64,000 bases of DNA from assembly GCA_002633005.1 (NCBI GenBank), contig NMRA01000298.1, positions 233,887 to 297,886 of the forward strand, in the 5' to 3' direction. The position numbers were made by a program, and so were the translations under genes. Positions 25,230-40,200 of the stretch are shown in pieces. This DNA comes from Phoronis australis (taxonomy: Eukaryota; Animalia; Phoronida). The notes beneath the pieces were generated by a model. The model searched no databases. It was not told the DNA's origin and saw nothing but the letters and a program-made list of their open reading frames with translations. Within the stretch, counting starts at the first letter, position 1. Each line of letters begins with the position of its first letter.

Positions 25230-28200
25230 CTGAAAAAAATGTACATGTAGTTATACCATCTGCAAACCATGATGCAAATAACAGCTCGTCCCTCGTTTCC
25301 TTATGTTGATGTAAGACTTAGTCAAACATCTGCAATACTATAGATTAAAGATATCAAATGCTTACATTTTGTCAAAGTACATGTGTAGAGAATCTGAAGA
25401 ATGTTTTTTTTTTTTTTTGTTTTTTTATCAGTTCGTCAATAACTGAGTGACTTCGCCATTTATATTTAGTAAAATTGAGCACGGACGAAGATACATTAAC
25501 ACCAAAACAACAGTATAAGCGACTTAGTCAAACTGATATTTGGTGCAAACGTGCTCAATAAGATCTCTACATTACCATTCCTTTTCGTTGGTTGCAAAGT
25601 CTGAGATTTTTCCTTAAAGAAATAAAAGTTGTATTTTGATATCCCCCATGCAAAAGTGGAACACGGTAAACACATTTACTACAAGTTTCGGAGAACATTG
25701 CAATTTTGTGGAACCTACTTAACCTTCAGCCAATACCTGAAGCCCTACAGTATATAAAATATATTAAGTGACCTTTACAGGGGAATCCTGAAGAAACCTC
25801 GTCAATTGTTACTCTAAAAACCGCTATTGTAATCAAAAGACGTATATTTTGCTTAGCAACATTTTCATCTTTTAATATTGGTAAAACAAGTAACCAGCAC
25901 CAGGCTATACAGCTGTAGCAAGAAAGTGTAAGTAAATATCAGTGCTGTTTCTGGATCTTCTAAGCTTATTTTCCTCAAAAAATTGATGCTGCCAATCCCT
26001 CATTCCTTTCCTGATTACTAGACCAAAGCAAAACTCAGCAATCATGTCAATTAAGGTCATTTAAAACCTTATTTAGTGGTCTCCATTCTCACTCGTATAT
26101 AAAAAGAACAGGCTTAATTTGTGTCAAATAATAAAAGTACTGAAAGAAAAATATGAGGGCTTATAAAATATACTTTATACTATTGTGCCATTATTATTAT
26201 TACATTAAAATCTTTTAAGTCAAACTTTTATTTTAAAAAGCTACATAACCGCTAATTCGATGTTAATCAAAACCTTTTTAGATGAAAACCACACTCATTA
26301 CCTCAAAAATGCTTTTTTCGATTTATCTTTTTGTTTGGTTTCTATTTCAAATCATCTGGCAAAACTTAAAATAGTTTTGTAAAAATAACAGTTGTATTAG
26401 ACTTTGTTACATTATGCAAAAACCAGGCCTTTATATCACAAATCCATCACCTCTTTTTGAGATTGATAAATAAATATTAATTTTGGAAATTTTCAGCGGG
26501 ACATGCAAAAATCCGGTCAAATTCAATTAATTATCCTGTGAAAACTTGTTTTTTCGTCAGAATAACCTATACATGTCTTATCCAAGTTATTTATTTCAAC
26601 ATTCACTCGCAAAATCAACTGAATTTGCAGTGCGTAATTAACTTAACTATAAGTTGATTATACGTTAATTTTTTTACAGTTCCCGGTCCGATACGAGGGA
26701 TCAACCGTAGGTAAACAGTTCACTGTTGTACACAACACAAGCCGAGGGACTGATATGAAACCACTCAATGAATGAAAGAACAGAGAGTAGGCAACATACG
26801 GAGCTGCTCTCTGCCTAGTGGGAAATTCGATTTCAGTGGCAGCCCCGTAACCTTTGGCCTCGGATAAGTAGTGAACAGATGTTGAGCGGCTGCAAGGTGG
26901 TTCTGCAAAATCTGTCTTTCTATCTGTGCGGTATGTATTTCATATTTGAAGTTCCCCCAGTATGAAGATAACGTATTTTGCTAGAGAAATGTCAGACGTT
27001 GTCAGAATGGCCCATTTTTGAAATAAGGTTTGAGACATCCTTAAAGCTTACCCAGGGCCCAGAGAATTCTGCATACAGCTCAAGTCAAGGAGCATACTGA
27101 GTCACCGACTGAAAGAGCTAGCGCGAAAGTCAAAATTTACTGATCATTTATTTCGTTTTTTTGGCGTTCAACTGACATTGCGCTATGAGCTTACATGTAG
27201 CTTCCTGTCACTTGTGGTAGCTGATTGGTTGAGCGTGTAGAGCTTCATTTGTGTCATTCCTTATTCAATGAGATTCAAAGGAACCGTTTCAAACAACTTC
27301 CATGCACTTACAAGTAGAAGTATGGTGCTGGTTATCATCGACATTGTCCGTTCTGTGGAACAGTCTTTGATAGACAAGTGTGGAAATTTTTCCAGGCGAA
27401 GAACATTCGGCCCCATTAAAGGTCAGATACCAACGGGCGCAACCGGGTGTGTCGTACGTAGACTCAAGTTGCCGTAAGTCGCCGTTGTACTGAACAGATA
27501 GCAGACTTTGAGATGACTTCTTATTATAGGTGACCGACTGCGGGAAAAAGAACACATTCTTCGGTCAGTAACATTAAATTCAACATGTTCTGGAAATGTA
27601 GGCCAATACCCCCACAGCTTATAGTTGATAGGAACATCAACTTGAAACTGGCAAATGTCGATCAATTAAAAAACCCGGCAATCTGCTTTTCCAAAATACT
27701 ATGAAACGGGATCCTTCTTTTGATACATGTGCAGTATGTGAATAGATGACTTGTACTTCGTTTAGGCCAATTAATCAGACATACTGTGTGCGTTCTTTGG
27801 TGCGAGAATTTCGCGAAAACGCTAGAAGACACATTACTTCGCGAGACAACACCAAGTAGGCCAATTACAAGCAAAGGAAGTTGTCACACTAGTGTCCCTC
27901 AGCGAGATTCTGCAAACTACATGGAAGCATGCCGAGAATTCTATGATGACACTTGGCGTACCTTAATATCCAACTGATGCCTGCTGGTTTGGATACTGGT
28001 CCAGTTATGTTGTACACCAAGCAGAATTATTGAGGAGCATATTGTGGCGACATTGTTCAAAAGTTCATGTTGAAAAATTCACATTCCTTTCCCATTTTCA
28101 AACTTCAAAAGCATACTGAATTAGGTGTAATTATCACGAACTACTCAAATGTGCTATTAAATAAAAAAATTTAAAGCCCCGAAAATCAAAAGTATTCTTT

Positions 28201-31200
28201 TGTCGACCCCAGTGCAGTTTTTCTGATTGTCTAGAGAACGATAACATCAGCAACCTGAGACGACGAAATGAACAAAAACAGCATTGTGTTTTTGATCCAT
28301 GCCGGCCAAATTCGAGGTACCCAAACCAGTCCAATGGCACAATCTCAATCGTTGAGGGTGTCAACGCAGGATATCTTCCATGGGAACTCTACCGGTTCCC
28401 CTAAAAGATCCAATGAGTAAACCCAGTTTTCAGTTGGATGCAGTTCACACACCTACTCTAGTGTTCTACGCTCGAACCAATCATTTATTCATTCAAGAAG
28501 ACCATCATAACGAGACATAGATTTACGAATATGCATGTCGTACCGTGGATATCATTAGATCTATCTAACACAATGACAATGGTGAAAAGGGGGAGAAAAA
28601 GTCTGTGTTCAACACTTACAATACTTCCGATATGCCCGTTGTCTGTATTGTCGTTCAATGACCTCCACCACCATTGGTGAAAATTGTACTCTGGCAGTCG
28701 CTGGATGCTGCCGTCACGCGCCACGACTGTCATCAATCATGAACAACAGAGTAAGGGTTACATAAAGGCTACTTCATTCCATTCGGTTTAATATACTTCT
28801 GCACAGATATTAGTACCTGAGTTCCGCGAGCTGCCTGTTAATCTATTGCACTTTGAGAGGAAACTTTCCAATACGTAAGATTAGATTTTTCACGCGGGTA
28901 CGTTTGCGAGTGACTCTGAGAGTTACTGAATTCTTCAATTCAATGTGCTTATAAAGACATTCACAAGTTTGAGTCTTTAACCGTATTACGAACAACGCAA
29001 ACAGAGCGAGCGAGAGAAGAAACATTTTTATTTACTATGAGGTCATTTCTACAAAACCTATAAAGACTGCAATAGTTGTGGTGAAAGAACTACAATAAAT
29101 TAACAAAAAATTAATTCTGGAATTTATATGTTGTTAGACAAATATACCAAATAATGGAATTGGAAAGACAAAACATTGTTGCTGTGATCACTGAGAACAG
29201 AGAGGGATTTACCTGCGCTGATGTCTAGGTCATAGCGTATCTCCTCGACAATAACCCTGTTTCTCTGATTCCAGCCTGTGTAACCATCCATGCTGCCATG
29301 GGACCTGGAAATGTGTATCTCAACAGACCTCCGTCCCGCTGCGATGTTATTGCACAGACCATCAACTGAATAAAAAAGTGTTTCCGTTGTATTGAAGTTT
29401 AGAGTTATCGGTAACACGCGTAATTGATTTCCATAATACATGCGTGCACCCAGTGGGGGCTCTGAGGGCTCGAACGAGCCCCCCCCNCTACAGAGAAGCA
29501 AAAATTCCCAGAAAACAAGAAACAGTCACCAAAAAGGCACAGTTCACAGTTCTAAAGGTGGTACCCCGTTTTTTTTTGTTATTTTTTCAGTCCTGCCGCC
29601 TTTTTCGCCAGCAAAAGATCCACTTCATCAGAAATTCGAGCCCCCCTCCATATTAAAGGCCGGGTGAGCGCATGAATACTGCTGTTTCATCAACATCATT
29701 AAACAAACGTAATAGTTATCGTGTTTACCACTTGGCCAACGGACGAAGTGTAGCATTGAAGTGCAGCGGCACTGCAATCTGCCACAAATTTAAGTAGCCG
29801 TCAAACAGATTCAGTTTGAAAGAAATGCGAATGGTTGGCAGGTCTTTGGGGACACGTTTTAAATTTTTTTGAAGATTTGCTTTCCAAATCTAATGTCAGC
29901 GTCTATCGGAAATTGTGAGGGAGTAGTTTCGGGTTGAAAACGGTCAATTTTACATGTTGGCCGCCACGTGCTGAATCGCCTGAATAAAATTTAAAATAGG
30001 TAACATTGCACATTTTAGCTTGAGTTACATCAATATCATCAAGTCTCTTCATTTAATTAAATATTTAAGCAATCAAATATTTGCAATGAAAGAACGTACT
30101 ATTTACGGAGTTAGGAATCGTATTGAAATTGATTTTAGATGATACTTCAATTTGTGATTTGTTAGGTCACGTGGTCATGCATGTTTAGTGAAAATGAGCC
30201 AAAATGAATAATCGTACCTAGCAATATCTTTAATAACATATTTATGTTAAATGAATTCAAGATCGAAACACTCTATTATTTCTTTCTTCATCTTTCAAAA
30301 ATAATTAAATTATTTCTGTAGAAAGCATCTAAGCACAACCAATTGATAGCCTCTTAAACAAAGCGGAACTTTAAGAAAGGATCCATAAGGTATTTAGGAA
30401 ATCAACAAAAATTTCGTTGATGATAGCCCAAAGTTTTGCTTGTATTCTTATTTGCCATTGCTGAGATTTGATGTTCCTAGGGGTGCTCGGGACCTAAATT
30501 GTGCACTGATAAAATGCGTAAATCTGCACTTTAATGGCAATTCGCAAAGAGCGTACAACATTCATCAAGTGTACCTACTTCCGCCAGTACTGTCATGGGT
30601 GGCGTCGACAACATTTGAGTCCATGTGAGCATAAGTACCGTCTATCGTGCCAGGGCTTGAACAGTCGTGACCGTCAAACTTAACCGTGTACCGCAGGGCG
30701 CCTTGATGGTGCAAGTAGATATTGGCCAGGAACAGTACTCTTATGGCCGTGTCTGCTGCTCTTTTGTAGTAATAGAATGTCTGGAATAAATAGCTTGTCA
30801 GTGTTCCTAATGATACAGCTTTAAAATAGCCTTTCATTGACAAAGGGCCCTTATCAACGAATTCTAATGCGAGAAATGGGCTGTGCAAATGTGATACCTG
30901 CAAATGCGTACTTTACTGTAAATTTCTGCAAAGTAGAACTAGCTTAAAATTTTCTAAAGTTGGCAAATTTTGGTAACAAGAATTCAGACAACATATATCT
31001 TCCTTAATGTTTGGTATTCTATTATTTAAGCAGACACCACTAATGAGCAGGGATGCATGTTCTCTTTGCCAAATAAATACGTCTAAGTGCCTTAGTAGTT
31101 AAAAACTCACGTAAATATGACCACTGTCTTCACCCCTTGAACCAGTCCAGGTGAACTGCTTGATGTTGAATCGTGATAATTTCGGGCAGGTTCCTTGAAG

Positions 31201-34200
31201 GACAAATACGATCAACTATTTAATTTCAAAACAAGGCTCTATATCCGAAAGGGTTGACCAGCTCTGGATCTTTTGAGAAATCAACTTCTAACATTCGTGA
31301 GACCACTTTATTTTTATCTAACAAATGTTTTAAATTTAACTCGGTACAAACTGTCCTGGCGACAAAACTTTGCCAATGTTGATTGTGGAATAAAGCACTT
31401 ATGTCATAACCAGTAACTAAAGTTTCCCCTCGCAGTGTACTCCAAAATGACCCTCATTTTCACAGCTCAATCAAAAAAAGTTCAAATAAATTTCAAAATT
31501 TCTACATACATGTATATGCCTAGAATGATTGTTTAATCAAGGACATTTATAATTTTAAACGTATGAACAATAAGACCCCAAACATGTACATGTACAGTAG
31601 CACGAGTAAATTGGCGCCTGGAAATCAGATCATTTATTTAACTTGAAGAATATTTTATGTGATATAGCTCGGACTATTCCAATTTTGGTCAAGGTGAAAG
31701 AGCACAATCATGACAGACCTGCACCGCCAGAAAGGGATAATCAAAATTTTGGACACTCAGTTCTGCTCTGTCATCTTCTTTTACGGCAATACGTGTCTTA
31801 TGAGTGCTATGACAACATTGTACACTTCGGGCTCGGAACACCCCATGTTTAGTACAGTATCAGTTTGGTTGTCAACGAGGCACTCTTTCAGGCAATGTGC
31901 GCAGTAAGTCCTTGCAAGCTATTCTCTGAATCATGTTTGCACGTTGACAAAAAGAGGCGAAAACAAATTAAAGAGGATCCGCTATCGGATTTTTCACTCT
32001 TATATATGAAGCAGAGTCCTTGAAGACTAATGAATTGTTATGGAAATCGCAAATGCGCTTAACGATGCCGCTAATATAGCCAAAGTCGTCGAGATTGCGC
32101 GTGACTAAGTATTTGCCACTAAGGGCCAGTTCAGACGAATACACATGTATCTGCAAGCTGATCCGTCGTCCTCTCACCTCATTCCATAGCTCGACAAGAT
32201 TTACCCGCACACAGTATAATCGGCACTTGATACAAAATAGAAAAACAATTTGTGGAAGTCCATCAAATCAACGAATAAATGTGGTGTAGCAGTACCTAAT
32301 ATCTCACCATTTGTCCAACGAACCACTTCAGTTGTGTACCCTCGGCAAAAAACACAATTCTGGTGGTTTTATCAAAAGGAACGCTCCACTGTATTTGAAC
32401 CTCGTCCCGATATGCGAATCAAAGAAGCCAACAAAGATGGGAGCAGTTTAGCTAAGCACTACTGAATTCAAAGTTGAACTTGAGACCGATAACAGAAAGT
32501 TTCTTGATTAAATGAATTTTGATAAGAAGAAGAAATATTCCCGAAAAAGATGACACCGCTGCTTTTCCGTAAAAATGAACCCCGGAGCCCAATAATTTCG
32601 TTTTGGTCGGAAAGCAGCCAGTACCCGGTTGCATGAAACAGTCCCAAATAGGAACTCAACTAAGGTCCCCAAATCTAATCTAAGTTTGTGTACTTGTCTA
32701 AACATTGAAGAATGTCTTTTCTTATACTGTTTTAGTTTCATTACTAAGTAAATTTTTGGCTTTGATACAAAACGAGAGTGAATTCTACATGTACGTTGAA
32801 TTCTCAATATCATTGTAAATAAATATGGATGTTTTCATGAAGCACTCCTTATTTAAGGACTAAGTCTCTGTTCTTTTCAATGAATAAAGGGTTCAGATTT
32901 TAGATACATTATTAGAAAATGTCTTTAGCCAAAGAGAAGCTCATAATGAAGATAAAATGATAGAAAAACATTACATCTGGGAGTAAGGAACGACACAAAT
33001 ATGCAAAAGATTTAGGGACTTTACGCGAGTCCCTAATAGAGACTGTTTCATGCAGCCGGGCACAAGACTCTTAACGATAACCACAGGTGGGGTCACATCG
33101 AGTTACAGCATCTACATTAGAGTGAAGTTCTTGAGCGTGGAGCCGCAGAGCTTTCTCCCCTTTTCCTATCAAAAAGGAAGTACAACACCGGGCAGTAATC
33201 GAGATATATCAACTCAAAATGTCAAACATCTACTGCATAAAGTTCAAGTGGACACAACAAGACTAATGTTCTTTTTGGAATTCTAATCCAGTGTTGCATT
33301 GGGGAATAATCCACCTACCGATCCTCTAGTATGCTACAAATTACCTGTTCCTTTTGACATTTGCACACTGTTATGTGAATTTAGACTCGTCTTATGTCGA
33401 ACGGCGGATTTTGTGGTTGACATATCTGAAGTGTTTTCACGAGGTCCATATCCCCACCACGTCATGGGCGGAGAACGATACCGGACTAGGGGTCATATCA
33501 CCCCACTTATTTCAGTGCTGGGCCCCCATGGGCATGGTCTGCGCGCACCATGGGGAGCTGGAGGGCTAAAGAGCCCCCCGCACACACCTTTATTTCAGTG
33601 CTGCGCTGCCCATACACGTACTGTACATGTACATGTTCAATAGCCGGTCATAGCAATGCTGACCTTTGGGAAATTCACGTCTGTTGCGACCTACATACTT
33701 GATCTCGAACCCGCAGATGTTGCTTATCTGTTTTGCTCCTGAGTGTTAGAGGTACATGTATTTTCCGTCGGCACATCGGACTCCACGGTAACAAAACTGT
33801 CACGTTTTCAAGATGAACGGTAAGCAAACGACTAGTACTACTGTGTATATGTGAATAATGTTGTTGTCTCACCTGGGCAATTTCCCCATCGCTTGTCATT
33901 GTCGTAATTAGAAGTGATAGAACACCACGGTTGACTATGGTCGGCAGCAGTGCATTCACTATACGCGACACCTTTGTATGTGAACGGGAACTTGCATGAT
34001 GAACCGCCGCCATTCCCGCCGTATGTTGGTAGGTTAGTTTCTGCAAATGAAATGACGTAAAAAAGAACTGACCACATAGAAGTTTCTCTATCACTTGTGA
34101 CCTCCCAGTGAAATTCTTTGAAAAAAAAAGGTAATAGTTCTTAACACAAATTTAACCGTGAAATTTGGCAAATACAATGTATGTCAAATTATGAAGTATC

Positions 34201-37200
34201 CATGATAAAGAACTTAACAGTTGTGTGTAGAGATATTCAATCACTTTAACACATAGTAATTGCGACCAGGTAACAGTCACCTCTTAAGCAAAAAATTTCA
34301 AACCAATAGAAAGCCTCTTTAAAATTCCTGACTTTGTTTGAAACCGCGGGATAATTTACGGCTTTGGGTAGAAACCGCTGAGCTACACGACTCACTTCGT
34401 AAGGTCGAACACGCTCTTAGATCAATGTTGCTAAACATTTTCTGATAGCAGGACACACACACTGTTCGCGTTCGCGTGAAAGGCCCGGAGACATTCGCTA
34501 AATATAAAAATGCAAAATGCTACCAACAAGACGTCATCTTTTTGCACACTCACCGAATGACCGCCTGAGATCGTTTTCCTCAACCGTCATGGAAGCTCCC
34601 ATATTATTGCCCCATCCCGTATAGGAATCTGGTACACCATATCCAGAGCATCCACCCACGTTGAACTTGATGACTATGTCCCCAGTTTGTTGCAAATCAC
34701 AAATGCCGTCCACTGAAATGGATAGACAAAATTTCAAGCTCCGTTCTTTTGAGATTTGAAAGGTGAAAGACTGTGCTTGCTCAATAGATCACTGTTAAGC
34801 TGTCACTTTTTTTGCTAAACGCGTCCCACTCCTGGCTGTTCGTGTCAATCGATGCTATTAAGTCACAGCATATGCTTCAAGTAGTCCTTGTGTACATGTA
34901 AGTGGTTCACTTTGTCCTACGAGTCTGTAAAAGATCACATTTAATGACAAAGTCCGGCCTTATAATGACATACATGTAGTCTCACTGAGCACTTCGGTAT
35001 TCAACGAGATTCCGAATAACGCCACCTTATGCCGGCATTGCTCAAAATGAGACGGTAGCAAGTGGCGCCACTCTCTCCTTAATCTCTTAGCTATACCAAA
35101 ACATGCCACCAACATGTCATTGTAAAGTTTGTCCGCACCACTTTTCTTTGAGATTTTTCGGTAACTCTCCCCCCTCCAAGAGCAGAATAGATTCACCAGT
35201 AAATAATGAAAGTATTGGTGGTTTCCGTGGCACTGGACATTTATTTATTCTCCTAATATACACTGGTACGGTCGCTAAGTTAATAGCGATATATTAGCCG
35301 CTCAAATTCAAATGATATCATCAATATGAAAAGGACGATGTACTCTTCAAAACAGTTCTCACCTTGGCCTGGACGATAATCATCTCGCCCCGTGCCTTTG
35401 TACCACACTAATTCTATTTTGCCTGGAGAGGAACACTCTTGGTCGTTAAAAGTAAAGTACCATCGGGAGCAACATCCGCCGCAGTTGTAACTCGAGCGAA
35501 CGACACCGCGGAATCTGACCCTCAATGATGTGTAAGCATACTGCTTCTTGAAGGTCTTCGTCTGAAACATTGCCATTGTTTTTCACAATTAGCACATCAC
35601 CCGCAACACCTCGGTTATTTTCGTTACCTTAAACTCACCTCCAAGGTGAACGGTTCAAGTTATGCGATTTCAACCATACGGTAAGTTACAGTGTATTTCA
35701 CTAACAAGCTGGAGACAGTTTGGTCCCAGGGATGACCTTTGCACATGCGCAGATAACGTTCACCTTGGGAAATTTCAGGTTCCCTTGCGTTCCGAATGTT
35801 CATTTACATGTACAAAAGGGCGTTATTTATGGATTTTCAATATGTCCTTAAGTTTCATTATCCTGCTCATTGTTTTACTTGTCTTTTCTGTTTAGAAAAA
35901 AAAAACTTCTTGTGGCATAAATACAGTAACTATCTCCGTATCAAAGCTATTTATTCAGAGCCACAGACAACTATAACGTGAAAACTAATCAATTCAAACA
36001 ACTCCGTTAACATCGAAAGCTTGTTCGTGTTTGCTATGACAATTTTCTTTTTCATGGTTTGTATTTATGCTTATCAGCGGATGGATGGGAGTTATAAAAT
36101 AATGTTGGACGATTTGTCCCTTGAAATGTTTTCAGAGTTGAGAAACACTCGCGAAGGAGATGCGGCGAGACACATTAGCTGGGACAACGAAAGCAGTGCA
36201 TTTTATCCAGTAATTCCACAATTCAAACTTACCGAACAACCACTCTTTACATTTCCATTTTACCGCGCTACGCTCAATAGAACAAGAGCATAAGCCTACT
36301 TTCGAAACACCCTGGTGCTGTACGTCAGAATGAATTTTATAAACATGCGTTCTGATAAAATTGGCAGGCTAGGTTAGGATTAAAGTGTGAAGTTTTAGGA
36401 TTGGTCGCGAAATGGTATTGCAAACCACACTGACTTGTATGTTATGGACCCAGAGAGACGGAGAACGCAGCTGAATACGAAGTGCGGAAGGAATTGTACA
36501 TATTTTGTCTTTTGTCTGAACTTACATGTACAAGGAATTGTCCTACCAAACATTGAACTGGATAGTATACAAAATAAGCATTATCGGTGCAGTAATTCAT
36601 TCGATTGTAGATCGAAGCATTCATTTTCGTGACTCAAACCAGGAAAATGAAACCTAACCTTGATTTCCATAAGGGCTTAGGTCTGTGTGTCTATCGAAAA
36701 TTTTGCAACAAAAGGGTAGCCAGAGCGTCCCTTTATATTGTGCAACAAACCCTGAAACCGCAAGGAGTTTCTTTTAATCATTTTAAAGAAAAAACACAAT
36801 TCACTCGATACTCAAATCTACAGCACCTTGCTTTGTATTCTCCAACGTGTGCTCCGTCCCGGTTTCCATAAAATACCTGAGGGTATATGATTATGTTCTT
36901 GACGATAAACCAACAAAATTTTCAGGAAACGCGGCGTACGCACACATGAACGTAGCACCGAAATCATGAATACAGCTTCTGGCAATGACCTGTAAAGTAC
37001 GTTCACTGACGCTTGAACACAGTCTCGCAATCACAAAACACGGTTTAGACACCCAAACAGAATGTCTCCTGGACTCCTGTTATTAAGAATCATGTACACG
37101 GTTCCGCGAAGAGCCCATACATGTAAGTCTTGATTGCAGTTGCCAAAACTGTGATTGCGTCCAAGGAGCCGCGCTTTTAGAGTACGTAATCGTGGTGCTC

Positions 37201-40200
37201 TTCAAAGTCTGTGTGATGGGTTTTCAGGTCAGTGAGCCGTCATAATAAGAGCTGACACGTTCATGTACATATATGTCCATAGGCGCTTGCATCGTGTTGT
37301 TTCGGTAGCCTGAGCATACATGTATTCGTAAAATTCTCTCTCAAGACGACTTTTCCCGAATTACAGGGTCAACACAAAAAAATCATGGATGTCAATGCGT
37401 ATTTCGATTTCAACTAAACACAAATGGTCGTCTCCCTGGTAAACCAACACTTGTGCATTATGTTCCTTAGTCCCCATCAGATTACCTCATATATAACCGG
37501 AAATGGTATTTTCAAACCAAAAAGTGAGACGTGATTTTGTAATTTTGGGCATCTCTAAGAAATTATGCCAAGCTACAACCTCTACTTTTTATTTCTCTAA
37601 TATATCGTCCCTTTGCCAAACATATTTTCTGCGTCAATTTACACTACGTTTAAGGTATCGCCATCTGATGACTCGCCGAAAGACCTCAAACTATCGATGA
37701 GTTGTATGTTAAAAGTAAATTTCATTTCCATCAGTCGTTCGAATAACGGGATGGGTAAAGAACCCGTGCTATTTTTGAACCCTGAATCTTCGTCAACAGT
37801 AAATCTCAAATAATTCCAGAACCGCAAGTTGAAGCAAAAAAAAACCTTTTCCAGTAATTTGATAACTCTAAATGAGGTCTACTAACGCACAAAATTCCAA
37901 AAAGATTTGTTGAAAGAAGTCAAGACGACACGAGCAGTCACATAAAAATTGCAGGCATCAAAAAATCTCTATTAACTTAAAAAACAGGACTTTGAGAGAT
38001 ACATGGATGACACGACGATTCAAAGATGGCATCCAAACGCCACAATCGGTACTAATCCCGCCCCCTAAATAATGTAACCAATTAACAAAGGCGCTCTGAT
38101 GGAGAGAACCTTGACGAGACGACTGAAGAAGGGAGTGGGATGAAAAAGACAAAGACTGAAATTATTTTACGTAATATTCACATTGGAACTGTGCTCATGT
38201 TGCCATCTAAAAACGCTGACATACTCCCGCGACTGTTTAAACGTGCCAGATTCTAAATGGAGCATAGGGAAAATAGGGATTTTCTAAACGTACCGTATTG
38301 TTTCAGACAGTTTACTTACCATGAGGTTTCCGTTGTCGGTTCCGCTTGCGAAGTTCGTGTAATAATAGTGTCGGATATTGGCAACCGGTACTTCGTCACA
38401 TTCTTTAAAGGGAGCTGTATTTGAAAAGAAAACTGTTAGTGGAATGATGCCATTCGTTGAGATGCCACGACTTGGTTTAGACAATTTGACGATCTAAGAT
38501 ATTACTAAGAGACATTCTAACTGGTTTCTAATAAAAAAGTCATCCCACTGCTATTATATAAAAGCGTGATTTCTTAGTCTGACCGAAGAGTTACTCCCTC
38601 TGTCTGTATCTTACCCACACAGACACCTGCGTTGTTGGTGCAGTCTTTCATGCAGGCGTGGTCTCCATCCGCGCAGTTGGTGTTGCTACATTCGGTGCTG
38701 GAATCCGCCTTGTTATTGGTGTTTCCCTGAGAACAAAGAATTTTTGACGCTACAATGTACATGTATGTGAATGTAATCAAACCACTTTAAATCAAACTTG
38801 AATTAGACTTCTTACCCTCTCTCGACACACAGTATGCAGCTTTAGAGGCTGGGGGATGTTCTCCCACAGACTTCCTCAAAATTCGTCAGCAAACCTATAC
38901 CTAAGCGGATTTTCCATCAAAAATGTGGTTTCCACTCCACAACAACCCTGCTAAAACAGTGTCTTAACCGACATTGTGTTTACGTTTCCGCAACACTTAA
39001 GGACAAAATGAAGACATGGACAAAGCCCATGGGACGATGAAAAAACGTTTTCACATATGCAAATTGCAATTAATTAGTGGCATATATAGCTAAGAGCCCA
39101 CTGTAGGTTGATAAGTTTCAGGAATGGTAACGCTCAAATATCTAAAAAAGAAGTACCAAAAAATTAAAACACACCTAGTATAAGCACGGTTTACACTAAC
39201 AAACGCTTCGTTTGCAAACACCACTCGTGCCAGCAACAAAAAATGCCAAACCCGACAAGCTGGTTTGCTAATTTGAAAACTACAGATTTTGGTAAGAAAC
39301 CAATGAACAAACAGCTAAAAATCGTGTGACATCACGTATAAAAACGGAAGTCTCCATGAGAGACTAGTTTTTAGATGCGAAACAGATCCTTATTCGAGAA
39401 TACGAGAAACATCAAAATCTGCACAACTCTCTTCACCTAAAGCAAGCATGTTGCAGATTATGTCATAGTTCGTTTTTCAACATACATGTGGCAATATCTG
39501 AATTTTTAATCAATAAAAATAATTGTCAAAAACACAACAATTGGTAAACTTTAATAACTTCTTCTTTATCTCTTTATTTACAATCTCTAAAGTTCCTAAT
39601 AAAATATTACTATTATTCTCGTTATATTTATCGGCACTCTTACACGTAATTCGGATGTTTAGTGACAGCGTGTCATGGCCGTAGATGGCGCAATTTGGAC
39701 CCGGAAATAAGTATAGACATGCTCTCACACAGGGTTCAAAATGTCATGATGACCTCAAAATGGGAGGCTATATATTCCTATATCGTTCTCATTATCGCCG
39801 TCGTCAAAATCATTAAATTGTAAATAATCATACTTGTGACTTATTCCTATTAATTTTACACTTAGCACCTAAGCTATATATAATAGTGATATGTAATTCC
39901 CACAGGGCAGATACATGTAAGCCAAAGCTATTCACTGGTTTACTCTTAAATCAGTTTGTAGTTTTTCCCAACCAGGTAATGAACTGATGTTTATTAAGTT
40001 AAAACAATCAATCTAAACCAGCAAAGTATTACAAACTTTAGGTAGCAAGCCAAAGTCCGTTTGATGCTGTTTGGCAAAGTTTACGAATGGTTGCAACTTA
40101 CATGTATATAGCAATAAGACCAGAGAACACAATGTGATGAGTTTTCGAGTGTCAAGTGATTGCGTCATTTTTTATGTTAGAAGATACATTCTCTAAAGGG

